A DNA stretch of 64,000 nucleotides from Vulcanimicrobiota bacterium (GTDB lineage: Bacteria > Vulcanimicrobiota > Vulcanimicrobiia > Eremiobacterales > Eremiobacteraceae): the NCBI GenBank assembly GCA_963772515.1, contig CAVYXC010000004.1, forward strand, positions 361,131-425,130. The letters run 5' to 3'. The translations under genes and the position numbers were made by a program. This document shows, in pieces, positions 43,702 to 53,017 of this stretch. Each line of letters starts with the position of its first letter. Within the stretch, counting starts at the first letter, position 1. The notes under the pieces are model-generated. The model searched no databases. It was not told where the DNA came from and saw only the letters and a program-made list of their open reading frames with translations.

Positions 43702-45152
43702 CCGCACCCGGTCCCTCGAAGAGCTCCAGCCGCTCGAACCCGGGCGGCTGACGATGTACGTGTGCGGCATGACGCCCAGTTTTCACCCGCATCTGGGTCA
43801 CGCGCGCACGTTCTTGACGTTCGACGTCTTGCGCCGTCACCTCGCCGCGCGCGGCTACAAGGTCGACTACGTCCAAAACGTCACCGATATCGACGACCGC
43901 ATCATCGAGCGCGCCGCCACCGAAGGCGTGCCCTGGGACGACGTTGCCACTCGTTATCTGGCGGAGTACGAGGCGTGCGCCACAGCGGCTCGGGCTTATA
44001 CCGCCCGATGACGAACCGCGCGCGACTCAGGAAATCTCTTCCATTATAGAGCTCATCTCGGGGCTCGTCGCCAAGGGCGCGGCGTACGAGTCGGGAGACG
44101 GCGTCTATTTCGCGGTGGACGAGGGCGTATTTCCGCATTACGGTGAGCTCAGCCACCAGAGCATCGAAGAACTGCGCGCCGGCGTGCGCGTCGCCGTGCG
44201 CGAGGATAAGCGCGGGCGGTTGGACTTCGCGTTGTGGAAGAAGGCCAAGCCCGGCGAGCCGAGCTGGCCGAGCCCCTGGGGCCCCGGCCGGCCGGGCTGG
44301 CACATCGAGTGCTCGGCAATGGCGCGCAAGTATCTCGGGGATCAGATCGACATCCATGGCGGCGCCGCCGACTTGATCTTTCCGCACCACGAGAACGAAG
44401 TCGCGCAGACCGAGACGTTCACCGGCAAGCATCCGATGGCGAATTTCTGGGTGCATGCGGGATTGCTCAACGTCGACGGTCAGAAGATGAGCAAGTCGCT
44501 TGGCAACTTCACGCCGCTCACCCAGATGCTCGACCGCTATCCGGCGGCCGTGATCCGCTACCTGTTCCTGCAGACCGGCTATCGCAAACCGAGCAACTTC
44601 ACGGCTGACTCGATCGAAGCGGCGGGCAAGGGATTGCGCGGGCTGTACGCCGACCTCGACAAACTCCGCGCCCGCGCGCGCCTAAACCCCATGGAGCGGT
44701 CGGATTCATCCGACCGGCAACGTGAGAGCGCGATCGAAGAATTCAACGCATTTCTCGATGACGACCTGAACACCGCGGGCGCCATCGGCTGGCTGCAGAC
44801 CTATGTGAAGCCTTCGATTAAAGATCGTACAGGGGCCGATGTTGTTGCCGTCGTCGAGCAGGCGCTCGAACGGCTTGGCCTGCCGGTGGACGCCGAGAAC
44901 GCCGGCGTCGCTGCGACGTCATCGCAGCTCAAGTTGAGCAAAGCGGCGCGCATGGAGTTCTCGATCATCACCGGCGATCGCGACGCACCCGACGACGACT
45001 TGGTCTCAAAGGTCGTCGCGATCCGCGAAAAGGCGCGCAAGTCCAAAGATTGGGCGCAGTCGGATCGTCTGCGCGACGCGCTCGCGCGCGCGGGCATCGC
45101 GGTCAAAGACACCGCGACGGGTTCGCAGTGGAGCGTCGATGGCGGCAGATGA
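43679..45152 (+). CDS. cysS: Cysteine--tRNA ligase, interrupted by apparent +1 frameshift near 43980-43990
   Basis: N-part in ORF 43583..44011 (MAVRLYNSR...HLGHART), remainder in ORF 43944..45152 (PPDDEPRAT..., KMSKS); removing one nt around 43984 restores a continuous class-I motif alignment; contains in-frame element copy f. Confidence 0.75.
44691..44716 (+). repeat. Copy f of palindromic element (ATGGAGCGGTCGGATTCATCCGACCG) in-frame inside cysS
   Basis: Arms carry compensatory A>G/T>C changes preserving perfect 9-bp inverted repeat; encodes [10 protein letters not shown]. Confidence 0.75.
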
Positions 45153-45888
45153 CGAGACGATCTCCGGCATCCACTCGGTGACGGAGGCGCTCGCGGCCGG
45201 TGAAGCGGTCAAGAGCGTCATCATCGCGCAGCACCGCCGCAGCGACGCCGCCCTGCAAGAGCTCATCGCAGCGGCGAAGCATCGCGGCGTGCCGGTCCAC
45301 ACCGAGCCCGAATCTTGGTTCAAACGCTTTGGGGACGCGCGCCATCAACATGTCGCCGCACGCGTCGCTCCATTCGCGTACGCGGACTGGGCGGACACGC
45401 GACGCACGTTGGCGGAAAAACCCGACGCGCTGATCGCGGTGGTCGATCACGTCGAAGATCCGCAGAACCTCGGCGCCATCATGCGTGCGGCCGAAAGCGC
45501 CGGCGCCGACGCGCTGGTGATCCCCGACCGCCGCAGCGCCGGCGTGACCGCCGCGACCAGGCGGGCGGCCGCCGGGGCTGCCTCGCATCTGCCGATCGCC
45601 GCTGTCCCGAATTTGGTCAGAGTGCTTGAAGACCTCAAAGCCGACGGCCATTGGGTGTACGGCCTCGCCGGCACCCCAAACGCACGCCTATACACCGACG
45701 TCGATTTCCGTGGAAAATGCACGCTCGTCGTCGGGAGCGAGGGCAAAGGCTTGGCCCACCTGGTTTCGCAGCGCTGCGACGAGCTGGTCAAGATCCCCAT
45801 GCGCGGCAAGGTCGCTTCACTGAATGCGGCGGCAGCGAGCGCCGTGGTCCTGTACGAGGTGGTGAGACAACGCGCCAAAGGCTTGTGA
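45139..45888 (+). CDS. rlmB: 23S rRNA (guanosine-2'-O)-methyltransferase RlmB (YacO-like SpoU)
   Basis: 249 aa; SpoU motifs; position after cysS as in Bacillus. Confidence 0.8.
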   Translation: MAADDETISGIHSVTEALAAGEAVKSVIIAQHRRSDAALQELIAAAKHRGVPVHTEPESWFKRFGDARHQHVAARVAPFAYADWADTRRTLAEKPDALIAVVDHVEDPQNLGAIMRAAESAGADALVIPDRRSAGVTAATRRAAAGAASHLPIAAVPNLVRVLEDLKADGHWVYGLAGTPNARLYTDVDFRGKCTLVVGSEGKGLAHLVSQRCDELVKIPMRGKVASLNAAAASAVVLYEVVRQRAKGL

Positions 45889-45917
45889 TTAGCGGCACGA
45901 GCCCGTCCCGTAAATCC

Positions 45918-45946
45918 TTGACGAAAGAGGAGCCTCCCCCTATAAT
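45918..45946 (+). promoter_or_regulatory. Sigma-A/sigma-70 consensus promoter for sigH: -35 TTGACG (45918-45923), 17-nt spacer, -10 TATAAT (45941-45946)
   Basis: Perfect hexamers with optimal spacing, 64 nt upstream of sigH start; RBS GGAGG at about 45994. Confidence 0.6.
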
Positions 45947-46009
45947 CGGTAGGGCACATAACACAGGCATAATCATGCCGAGAAGCAGGGCCGGAGGTTC
46001 ATCAACAAC

Positions 46010-46657
46010 TTGGGGGCACTTCACCAAACGGAAGAAACCCTGGACTACAGCGAGCGAGCGGACGAAGAACTCGTCAATGCGGCCAAGTGCGGCGACAATC
46101 TGGCCATGGAGTTTCTGCTCAACAAGTACAAGAACTTCGTCCGTATCAAAGCCAAGAGCTACTTCCTCATCGGCGCAGACCGCGAAGACATCATCCAGGA
46201 AGGCATGATCGGCCTCTACAAGGCCGTGCGCGACTTCCGGGCCGATAAGCTGTCGTCGTTCCGCGCCTTCGCGGAGCTGTGCATCACGCGTCAGATCATC
46301 ACGGCCATCAAGACGGCCACGCGGCAGAAGCACATCCCGCTCAACCAGTACATCTCGCTCAACAAGCCGATCTACGACGAGGACAGCGAGCGCACGCTGC
46401 TCGACGTCATGGCGAGCGCGAAGATGTCGGATCCGGAAGAGCTGGTCATCAATCAGGAAGTCTCAGAAGACATCAAGGAGCGGATCCAGGAGAACCTGAG
46501 CGACCTCGAGTCGCAGGTGCTGCTGAGCTATCTCGAGGGCAAATCGTACCAAGAGATGGCGCGCGATCTCAACCGGCATGTCAAGTCGATCGACAACGCG
46601 CTCCAGCGCGTCAAGCGCAAGATCGAGAAGAACCTGAGCGAGGTCGAGCTCTACTAA
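46010..46657 (+). CDS. sigH: RNA polymerase sigma factor SigH (Spo0H-type)
   Basis: 215 aa; very high similarity to Firmicutes SigH (FLIGADREDIIQEGMIGLYKAVRDF, ELCITRQIITAIKTATRQKHIPLN, NRHVKSIDNALQRVKRK); position after rlmB as in Bacillus. Confidence 0.85.
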   Translation: MGALHQTEETLDYSERADEELVNAAKCGDNLAMEFLLNKYKNFVRIKAKSYFLIGADREDIIQEGMIGLYKAVRDFRADKLSSFRAFAELCITRQIITAIKTATRQKHIPLNQYISLNKPIYDEDSERTLLDVMASAKMSDPEELVINQEVSEDIKERIQENLSDLESQVLLSYLEGKSYQEMARDLNRHVKSIDNALQRVKRKIEKNLSEVELY

Positions 46658-46681
46658 GGCACGCGACAATCCAGCCACGTA

Positions 46682-46713
46682 GGACCCGAGCCACGCTCGG
46701 GTCCTTTCATTTC
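46682..46713 (+). terminator. Rho-independent terminator after sigH
   Basis: GGACCCGAGC-cac-GCTCGGGTCC stem followed by TTTCATTTC. Confidence 0.65.
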
Positions 46714-46789
46714 GGCTCCGCGCCGAAGAGGACCGCAGTGGAGCCTAGCGCAAAAGGACGGTCCCGTTTCTCACAAGGGGCGAATCAAC

Positions 46790-48790
46790 ATGTTCACCGG
46801 GTTTGTACTGGCCGACTGGGCATGGGTAGCATGGCTTGCGATCGGTCTATTCGTTTTGCACTTTCTGTTGTCGGTGCGGCGCATCGGGCCGACCGAGGTC
46901 GGTTTGGTCCTCAAGCGGTTCTCGTTGAGCAAGCTCGACGAGGATAACCCGATCGCGTTCCGTGGTGAGGCAGGCTACCAGGCCGACCTGCTCATGCCCG
47001 GACTACGCTTTAAGCCATGGCTGCTGTATAGCGTTGAGAAGTTCCCATGGGTGCAGGTTCCGGCCGGTGAGATCGGCGTCGTCATCGCGCAGGCCGGCTC
47101 ACCGCTGCCGATCGGCGCGAAGTCGGCTGTGTATCGCAAGGAGTTCGATAACTTCGGCGACTTGCGCGCGTTCATCGAGCGCGGCGGCCAGAAAGGCGTG
47201 CAGCGCCCCGTGCTGCCGCCGGGGTCGCTCGTGCCCATCCATCCCGTCGGATTTCTCGTGATCACAAAACGGCAGGTCTACGGCTTGCCGGTCTCGCCCG
47301 AATTGCGCGGCAAGATCAGCCATCGCGAGGCGCTCGCGCCCGAAGACTTCGGACTGCGGCCCGATCAGCTCAGCTTGGTCCGCATCGTTCCTCAAGCCAC
47401 CGGCAAAGACGCCGCGACGATGGACATCGTCGGCATCATCACCGCGTATGAGGGCGACCCTTTGCCGTCAGGCGACATCTCGTCCAGGCTTGGTGGCTTT
47501 ACCGACGTGCAGGAGATGGAGAAGGCGTCGGCCGGCGACACCGAGATCATCGAGCTGCTGCTGGGCAGCAAGAACCGCCTGCACAATAACTATCAGGATT
47601 TCCAGGCGTTCCTCGACAACGGCGGCCGCATCGGGCTGCAACACGATCCGCTACTCTACGGCGCGTACGCGCTCAACCCGTTCCTCGTCGGCGTCGAACT
47701 CGTGCCGATGCTGGTCGTGCAGCAAGGCCAAGTCGCGGTTATCAAAGCCTATGTCGGCCTGCCCACACAAGACACCTCAGGCGTCGAGTTCAAGTTCGGC
47801 TCGCTCGTGCGAGCCGGGCACCGCGGTATCTGGCAAGAGCCGCTGCGCACCGGCAAGTACCCGCTCAACCCGCGCTGCTATCAAGCGGAGATCGTGCCGA
47901 CGTCGATTCTGACGTTGAACTGGGCCGATGCCGTCTCGGCGGCGCACAACCTCGACGCCCAATTGCAGCAGATCGTCGCCAAGAGCAGCGAAGGCTTCGT
48001 GTTCCACATCGACTTGCAAGTGCAGATCCACGTGCCGGATACCAACGCGCCGCGCGTCATCTCGATGGTCGGCACGATGATGAACCTCGTGAACGAAGTG
48101 CTGCAGGCCGCCGTGGGCAATCATTTCCGCGACAAGCTGCAGAGCATGCCGGCGGTGAAGTTCATCGAGACGCGCCAACTGGTGCAAGAAGAAGCGTTTC
48201 GCCACATCAAGGAGCAGCTGGAGCAGTATCGGGTCGAGACGCGCGGCGTTTATATCCAAGACGTCATCTTGCCGCAAGAGCTCGTGCAAGTGCTCACGCA
48301 GCGCGAGATCGCAAATCAGGAGATTGCGACTTTCCAAAAACAGCGCGCCGCTCAAGACGAGCGCATCGCGATGGAGAACGCGAAGGGCACCGCTGAGATG
48401 CAAGCGGAGCTCGCCAAGTCGAAAGTCGGCGTGGACATCAAGACCAACAACGCGAACGGGCGCGTCGAAGAGGGGCGCGGCGACGCGCAATATATCCGCC
48501 AAACCGGCACCGCGCGCGGCGCGGAAGTGGAAGCGGTGGGTCTTGCGCGCGCACTTGGTTATGAAGCGCAGGTCAGAGCGCTGGGTTCGAACGCGACCGC
48601 GCTTGTGAATGTCGTCGGTGCGCTGGCCGAGGGCAAAGCGCGCTTCGTGCCTGAGATCCTAGTCGCCGGAGGCACCAATGGCGCCTTCGAGGGACTTGCC
48701 GCCACCGCGATGCGCTACTTCGGCACGGTTGAACCGGTCAAGAAGACCGACGCGGACAAACCCACGCGCGCGAAGACCGAGAACGGATAG
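46790..48790 (+). CDS. SPFH/band-7 (flotillin-like, YqiK-type) membrane protein
   Basis: 666 aa; N-terminal TM, SPFH domain, long coiled-coil (EA-repeat) region. Confidence 0.7.
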   Translation: MFTGFVLADWAWVAWLAIGLFVLHFLLSVRRIGPTEVGLVLKRFSLSKLDEDNPIAFRGEAGYQADLLMPGLRFKPWLLYSVEKFPWVQVPAGEIGVVIAQAGSPLPIGAKSAVYRKEFDNFGDLRAFIERGGQKGVQRPVLPPGSLVPIHPVGFLVITKRQVYGLPVSPELRGKISHREALAPEDFGLRPDQLSLVRIVPQATGKDAATMDIVGIITAYEGDPLPSGDISSRLGGFTDVQEMEKASAGDTEIIELLLGSKNRLHNNYQDFQAFLDNGGRIGLQHDPLLYGAYALNPFLVGVELVPMLVVQQGQVAVIKAYVGLPTQDTSGVEFKFGSLVRAGHRGIWQEPLRTGKYPLNPRCYQAEIVPTSILTLNWADAVSAAHNLDAQLQQIVAKSSEGFVFHIDLQVQIHVPDTNAPRVISMVGTMMNLVNEVLQAAVGNHFRDKLQSMPAVKFIETRQLVQEEAFRHIKEQLEQYRVETRGVYIQDVILPQELVQVLTQREIANQEIATFQKQRAAQDERIAMENAKGTAEMQAELAKSKVGVDIKTNNANGRVEEGRGDAQYIRQTGTARGAEVEAVGLARALGYEAQVRALGSNATALVNVVGALAEGKARFVPEILVAGGTNGAFEGLAATAMRYFGTVEPVKKTDADKPTRAKTENG

Positions 48791-48794
48791 CGGA

Positions 48795-50375
48795 CTAGAG
48801 CGCGTCGATCGTCAGTGTCGTGTCTGCGTATTGCCACGCCGTCTTGAATTGCTGCTGCACGAGCGCAGCCTCGCCCGTCCGGCCCTGAGCCTCGAGCGCC
48901 GCCGCAAGACCGAACAAGGATCGGGGATTGCGCGGGTTGCGTTGCAGATCGGCGCGGAAGACCGCCTCGGCTTCAGTGTATCGGTGGAGCTGCAGCAGTA
49001 AGCCGCCCAGCGATTCGCGCACCGGATGGTACCAATCCGGCGGTTCGATGTAGATCAGACCGTCCTGCGCCTTGACCGCGCTCTGAAGCAGTGAAACTGC
49101 GGTCGCTGAATCGCCGCTGCCCTGAGCGATTTTCGCGCCGAGCTCGTCTTGCGCGATGCCGAGCAGATCCGATGAGCTGTTGGTGAACCCATTGATCGTC
49201 GGCACTTTGAGCTCGCCGTCGGCTGCTTTGACAGCGGCAAGCTCGACCTGGGCTTTTGCCGCGTCGCCGGTGGATGAGAAGGCCATACCGCGGCAGAAGT
49301 GCCAAAACGCGACTCGCATCGGCTCGTCGGGCGACGCAGCCGGCTGCGTCATCGCCGAGATCTCCGCCCAACGAGCGAAGCGCAAAGGCACGTACATTGC
49401 GGGTACCATGGCGCCCTCTGACGCGAGCCGATGTTGCGCCGCCGCGGCGCCCTGATAATTCCCCTGCACGCTGTACCCGTCCGCGAGCATCGTCAAGTTG
49501 TGGCCGTAGTAGCCGGATGCTTCGCGGTCCTCGTGCATCGCCAGATATGCCCGGTCGTGCTGCGTCGCGTGCTCGTTGCTCATCACGGCCGATTCGAACG
49601 CGCCGGTCCGCATGTACGTATGCGCGGGCATATGCACGAGGTGGGCCGCAGCCGGTTCGAAATTCATCGCGCCCAGACGCGACGCCGAGATCAACGCTCG
49701 CTCGGGAGACGTCGACGCCTCGGTCGCGTGGATATAGAAGTGGTTCGCGCCGATATGATCCGGCTCGCGCCGCAGCACCGATTCCAATGTCGCGACGATC
49801 GTCTGCGTGTCCGTGACGGGCACGCCCGCCGGCGTATACAGCGCCCAAGGGCGCAGATCCATTAAGCTCTCCGCGTAGAGCGTGGCCGCGTCGAGGTCGT
49901 CTGGGTACTGGGCCACCAATTGCTTCATCCCGGACGCATATGCAGCGTCGAGCTTTGCGAAATCGGGTTTCGCTGCGTTGGTATAGCGCGCAGCGAGGGC
50001 GCTGATCCACGCACGATCGAGATCGTCGGCACCCGCGGCGAGCTGCTGCGCTTTGCCCAATGCGGCAAACGCTGCGCGCTCGCCCGGCTCGTCGATCGGC
50101 ACGTTGATGTTCGAGCCGTAGGTCATCGCGATGCCCCACTGCGCCATCGCCAGATGCGGATCCGCAGCGGCGGCTTGCTCGAATGCCCGGCGCGACGCGC
50201 CGCGATTGAATGCGTACAGTAAGGTGAGACCCTGATCGAAATACGCTTGCGCTATCGGACTGGTGGTCGACACCGGATGGTGCTGGCGCGCCGGCGACGT
50301 CGCGGCGGGCATGTCCATGGCGGCCGCCAGCCCGCTTGTGGTGAGGATGAGCGACAGCACGGTGGCAAACAACAT
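48795..50375 (-). CDS. Secreted tetratricopeptide-repeat protein
   Basis: Internal Met of ORF 48795..50624 (MLFATVLSLILTTSGLAAAMDMPA signal peptide); RBS GGGAG; TPR-like helical repeats; upstream 83 aa of ORF likely spurious. Confidence 0.6.
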   Translation of the reverse strand: MLFATVLSLILTTSGLAAAMDMPAATSPARQHHPVSTTSPIAQAYFDQGLTLLYAFNRGASRRAFEQAAAADPHLAMAQWGIAMTYGSNINVPIDEPGERAAFAALGKAQQLAAGADDLDRAWISALAARYTNAAKPDFAKLDAAYASGMKQLVAQYPDDLDAATLYAESLMDLRPWALYTPAGVPVTDTQTIVATLESVLRREPDHIGANHFYIHATEASTSPERALISASRLGAMNFEPAAAHLVHMPAHTYMRTGAFESAVMSNEHATQHDRAYLAMHEDREASGYYGHNLTMLADGYSVQGNYQGAAAAQHRLASEGAMVPAMYVPLRFARWAEISAMTQPAASPDEPMRVAFWHFCRGMAFSSTGDAAKAQVELAAVKAADGELKVPTINGFTNSSSDLLGIAQDELGAKIAQGSGDSATAVSLLQSAVKAQDGLIYIEPPDWYHPVRESLGGLLLQLHRYTEAEAVFRADLQRNPRNPRSLFGLAAALEAQGRTGEAALVQQQFKTAWQYADTTLTIDAL

Positions 50376-50386
50376 CCTATCTCCCG

Positions 50387-50911
50387 TCAGCGGCGAGCAG
50401 CGAATTGGTTCGGATCGTAATTGGGAACTTTCGGGCGCGGGATGTCTCTCCACCATGCGCTGTAGTTGGCGAGCCATTCGAAGTTCTCGAACAAGTACTC
50501 GTTCTGGTTGTAGCGGCGCCAGTGGACGACGAAATCTTTGATCGTCGCCCACCGGTCGCGCAGCATGAAGCCGACCGCGTCGCAGATCAGCGTTACGTCG
50601 AGCACTTCGCGGCGCGCGAGACACGCGATGGTCTCGACGAATTGTCCGACCATGGAGAGCGCGCGCTCGTCGTCGGAGCCGAAGAATCTCTCCGCGATGT
50701 CTTTGTCCGTCGGATAGCGCCCGGCGACCCCGCGCAATTGCGTGAAGACGTGGACCACTTCGGTAGAGGTGAGCCGGTCGATAGCCTCCAGGATGGCCAC
50801 CGCGTTGCGCTCGTGCTCCATCTGACGCACTTGCCGCGAAAGCATGTACGTGGTGAAGACGACCGTCGCAAAAGCGATGACCAGCGACGCGATCGGGACG
50901 ATTTGCTGCAA
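50387..50911 (-). CDS. Uncharacterised membrane-anchored protein, paralog C of the family, 11 bp upstream of TPR gene
   Basis: 174 aa; TM helix; QVRQMEHERNAVAILEAI and FENFEWLANYSAWW motifs homologous to paralogs A and B. Confidence 0.5.
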   Translation of the reverse strand: MQQIVPIASLVIAFATVVFTTYMLSRQVRQMEHERNAVAILEAIDRLTSTEVVHVFTQLRGVAGRYPTDKDIAERFFGSDDERALSMVGQFVETIACLARREVLDVTLICDAVGFMLRDRWATIKDFVVHWRRYNQNEYLFENFEWLANYSAWWRDIPRPKVPNYDPNQFAARR

Positions 50912-51020
50912 GGCTAGAAACCCCCCGTCCAGGTTGCCACCTCAGCGTGCGAGAACCTCTCGCCGCAAGACTCGGAACTTCCGCACGGACGCTCGCGTTC
51001 TAGGGCTGACGGAGGTCGTT

Positions 51021-52244
51021 ATGTCGCAGTTTCGATCGATTCTTGCGTTGTGCGCAGCGGCGTTGTTGGCTCTCGCCGCGACCGGTCAGGCGTCGGCCGG
51101 TTACCTGGTCGCCAATGTTCAGGGCGGCAACACCGGGCCGGTGCGCGCGATGTCACCACCGCCGCGGCCGACACCCAAGCCGACGCCAACGCCGAAGCCG
51201 ATCCCGGCGCCATCGGATGTCCGCCCGGTGCAAAGCGTGCACGACTGCGCAGCGGCGCTCGCCCTGCTCGCGACCATCTGCGATAATGGCGTCAAGTCCG
51301 GCGACTTGCAGCTGCTCTGGAAAGACGGCGCGTCCAAGCTTGACGGTTATAAGGTCTACCGGGTCGATGGCAGCCATCACAACATCGTCGTGACGACCTC
51401 GAACGGCACATCGCCGAAGTACGCGCTGATCACCAAGCCTGGCGGAGGTTACAAAGGGGCGTGCTACGCGGTGACCGGGTATCTCGGAAACCGCGAATCG
51501 GCACGTAGCGAGAAATACTGTGTCGAGTCCGGATCGACGGCATCGACCGAAACCTTTTCACCGGCTCACGTGCGCTCGTATCTCACGTACATCGATCCCA
51601 CGATAACGGATCCGAACAATTACGCCAATACGCTTTCGTTGGCCGCGCTCATCTCCAAGCTGCAAGGGAGCAACTTTGGCGCGGAGCTGCCCTCACAGCT
51701 GCTCGCCGCGAATCGTTCGGTCTCGGTCGGCGGGAGCGCATATGTCGGCTATCAAGACGCCTACTATGCGGAGTCGATCGACACGAGTCAGTTCCGGACC
51801 GGCTACCCCAACGGCTACGCCAGGATCAAGTCGCGCGCCGGCTACGATTTCAATCTCGGCAAACTGTCGAACCGCAAGATCTATTCGGCGATCCTTACGC
51901 TCGACGTCGCGCAGACGGTGCAGGATACGGCCGGCCATACCCGCTTTCGAACCGACGACTACTCGTGCGCGGACACGTATTTGCTGGGCAAGGACTTTTG
52001 GTGGAGCTATAGCGGCGCACTGAACAACACGTCGAGTGGCGGTCACATCGGCCTCAAGTCGGGCCCAGTCGTCACGGTCGACGTCACAGGGACCGTTGAG
52101 AACTGGGCCGCTGACGGCAACCAGCGCTACTACGGCTTTATTTTGAGCAACGCCATCGCCGACACCAATGCGAAGCCGGCCTATCCCGATCTCGCCTGCT
52201 TCACGAAGTATTACAACGCGACGCTCAAGGTGATCTACTTCTGA
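51021..52244 (+). CDS. Hypothetical secreted protein with Pro/Thr-rich linker
   Basis: Internal Met of ORF 50844..52244 (MSQFRSILALCAAALLALAATGQASA); RBS GGAGG. Confidence 0.5.
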   Translation: MSQFRSILALCAAALLALAATGQASAGYLVANVQGGNTGPVRAMSPPPRPTPKPTPTPKPIPAPSDVRPVQSVHDCAAALALLATICDNGVKSGDLQLLWKDGASKLDGYKVYRVDGSHHNIVVTTSNGTSPKYALITKPGGGYKGACYAVTGYLGNRESARSEKYCVESGSTASTETFSPAHVRSYLTYIDPTITDPNNYANTLSLAALISKLQGSNFGAELPSQLLAANRSVSVGGSAYVGYQDAYYAESIDTSQFRTGYPNGYARIKSRAGYDFNLGKLSNRKIYSAILTLDVAQTVQDTAGHTRFRTDDYSCADTYLLGKDFWWSYSGALNNTSSGGHIGLKSGPVVTVDVTGTVENWAADGNQRYYGFILSNAIADTNAKPAYPDLACFTKYYNATLKVIYF

Positions 52245-52389
52245 GGGCTGCGCCGATCCGGGTCGCGATGAGTGGATAGCGGCCACCAGGTGCCGGAGTA
52301 CGACAACCTCGACGATTGGAATCTGTCCGCCATGGAGATGATCTACTACTACCGGGCGCATCTGCCCAACGGCCAATACGGAGTGGGGC

Positions 52390-52953
52390 ATGAATCGAAT
52401 TTCTGTCGCCGCATGTGCATGCGCGCTCGCGATGTGTGCAGGGGGTCGTGCAGCCGAGGCACATGTCTCGTCAACGCCACCCGTTCAAGGTTGCATGAAC
52501 CAATGGCTGTCCAATGGAGTCTGGGGCGTCCGCGTCACCGCGGTCCAGGTGTTGAGCGACAAGGTCGATGTCTCCGTCGTCTTGCGCAACGATACGACAA
52601 AGGCATGGCAGCCGAACACGGATGCGAAACCGTTTGGCTCTCCAAACCTTGCTGGGTTATCGCTCTCGTATAGCGGCGGCAACGCATTTACCATCGTCGA
52701 CTATACGGCAAGCATGGACTACGACCCAGCGCATCCGCGCAACACGCACGATGACGATCCTATGATGCACCGTCTCGCGCCGGGGGCGACGTACAAGACC
52801 GTCCTCTATTTCTACTTTCCGCAGTCTTCCGGGTTCCCGGCTGCCTTGGAAAAGCAGAGGCCGACCGAGTTTTGGGTCTACGACGACGAAGTTTTTCGCC
52901 ATATGGAATGGGGTGGGAACGCGATTCAAGTCAAGCTGGGATGCACGAAATAG
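52390..52953 (+). CDS. Hypothetical secreted protein
   Basis: 187 aa; signal peptide MNRISVAACACALAMCAGGRAAEA; RBS GGAGTGGGG. Confidence 0.45.
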   Translation: MNRISVAACACALAMCAGGRAAEAHVSSTPPVQGCMNQWLSNGVWGVRVTAVQVLSDKVDVSVVLRNDTTKAWQPNTDAKPFGSPNLAGLSLSYSGGNAFTIVDYTASMDYDPAHPRNTHDDDPMMHRLAPGATYKTVLYFYFPQSSGFPAALEKQRPTEFWVYDDEVFRHMEWGGNAIQVKLGCTK

Positions 52954-53017
52954 AGCGTCCTGCCTCCGGGTCCACCGTCTGATTGTGTCGTAAATCGTCC
53001 GAACGTGTGAATGTCCC

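Noticed and set aside
52272-52673. 133-aa ORF overlapping the start of secreted-protein gene 52390
   Set aside because: Out of frame with the better-supported signal-peptide ORF; Arg/Cys-rich junk translation.
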